Positions 39,785-40,406 of a stretch of 40,406 bases of DNA are shown here, one piece after another. The notes beneath the pieces are model-generated. The model was not told the DNA's origin and searched no databases. It was given only the letters and a program-made list of their open reading frames with translations. The DNA comes from Gammaproteobacteria bacterium (GTDB lineage: Bacteria; Pseudomonadota; Gammaproteobacteria; SZUA-21). Within the stretch, counting starts at the first letter, position 1. Each line of letters opens with the position of its first letter. The DNA lies in the NCBI GenBank assembly GCA_003233075.1, contig QIKQ01000062.1, forward strand, positions 1 through 40,406, written 5' to 3'. The position numbers and the translations under genes were made by a program.

Positions 39785-40406
39785 TTGGCTAATCTCCTCT
39801 TATATTATATAGATACTGCGAAAAATGACGGCATCTTATCGAGGTCTGATTAAAAAAGCAATGATTTTCAGAATCTTGTGTGAATTTAGCGACTATCTTA
39901 AGATAAGCATATTGATGACTTTAATAAGCCTCATAAAGAAATAAATGTTTAAGTTTAAACCGCCTATTCCCTACTGCGATAGTGGTTATCATGTTGACTT
40001 TGATTGTTATTTTCAATCCAATTTTAAGAATAATTATTACTAATTTTTTCACCTCAAACTAGTTTAATTACGACGAGATTTTTCACGAACCCATACAAGC
40101 CTAATGCTAAATATCGAATGTGAAAATTTTACTTGGTAGAATAAATTACATTAGCTATTAATATCTAACTCATCATCAATTAATTTAATTAACAATTTAT
40201 ATTTACTCAATTTGAATAGATAAAGTATCCAAATTAAATGAATTATATAATTAAAAACAACAAAAATTACAATATTAAAATGACGCAAGGCAACTCGATT
40301 TCAATATCATTTTCAATAAGCAAATTCTTAGCCGACTAAATTACTTTCTTATGTGTCTATACCCGATTGATGAAATATTTAATAATTATAAACAACAAAA
40401 ATAATT

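Noticed and set aside
1-40406. CRISPR arrays, cas genes, restriction-modification, toxin-antitoxin or other known defence modules; rRNA; prophage genes
   Set aside because: I saw no regularly spaced direct repeats and no signature motifs of these systems in any frame of the ORF track.

Overview
AT-rich gammaproteobacterial chromosome segment; the order cannot be resolved without a database search. Almost all genes are on the minus strand.

Three blocks:
- (1) 1-9600: the conserved translation/RNA-processing cluster, tRNA-fMet, rimP, nusA, infB, rbfA, truB, rpsO, pnp.
- (2) about 9600-23050: a compositionally heterogeneous accessory segment. It carries a DsrE-like lipoprotein and a sigma54-dependent two-component system (double-Cache histidine kinase plus NtrC-type regulator). 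It also carries a small His/Arg/Tyr-rich lipoprotein, a very AT-rich 1145-aa orphan protein, a PEP-CTERM protein, a probable transposase relic, a fatty-acid-hydroxylase-family protein and an Asp-nucleophile alpha/beta hydrolase.
- (3) 23047-39784: a complete 14-gene NADH:quinone oxidoreductase operon nuoA-N with separate nuoC and nuoD, preceded by tpiA, secG and tRNA-Leu(GAG).

At least three families of GC-rich, inverted-repeat-bounded, MITE-like intergenic elements are present, two of them in two copies. They sit at the edges of the accessory segment and inside normally compact operon spacers.

I found no CRISPR array, integrase, recognisable defence system, prophage or rRNA.

The best candidate for something undescribed is the cassette at 14397-18622, lipoprotein plus 1145-aa orphan, transcribed divergently from the sigma54 two-component operon. 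Sigma54-type -24/-12 motifs lie upstream of the kinase operon and of the DsrE-like gene. All functional links are inference from sequence reading only; no homology search was possible.

The ORF track translates TTG and GTG starts as M, so several starts were re-assigned.
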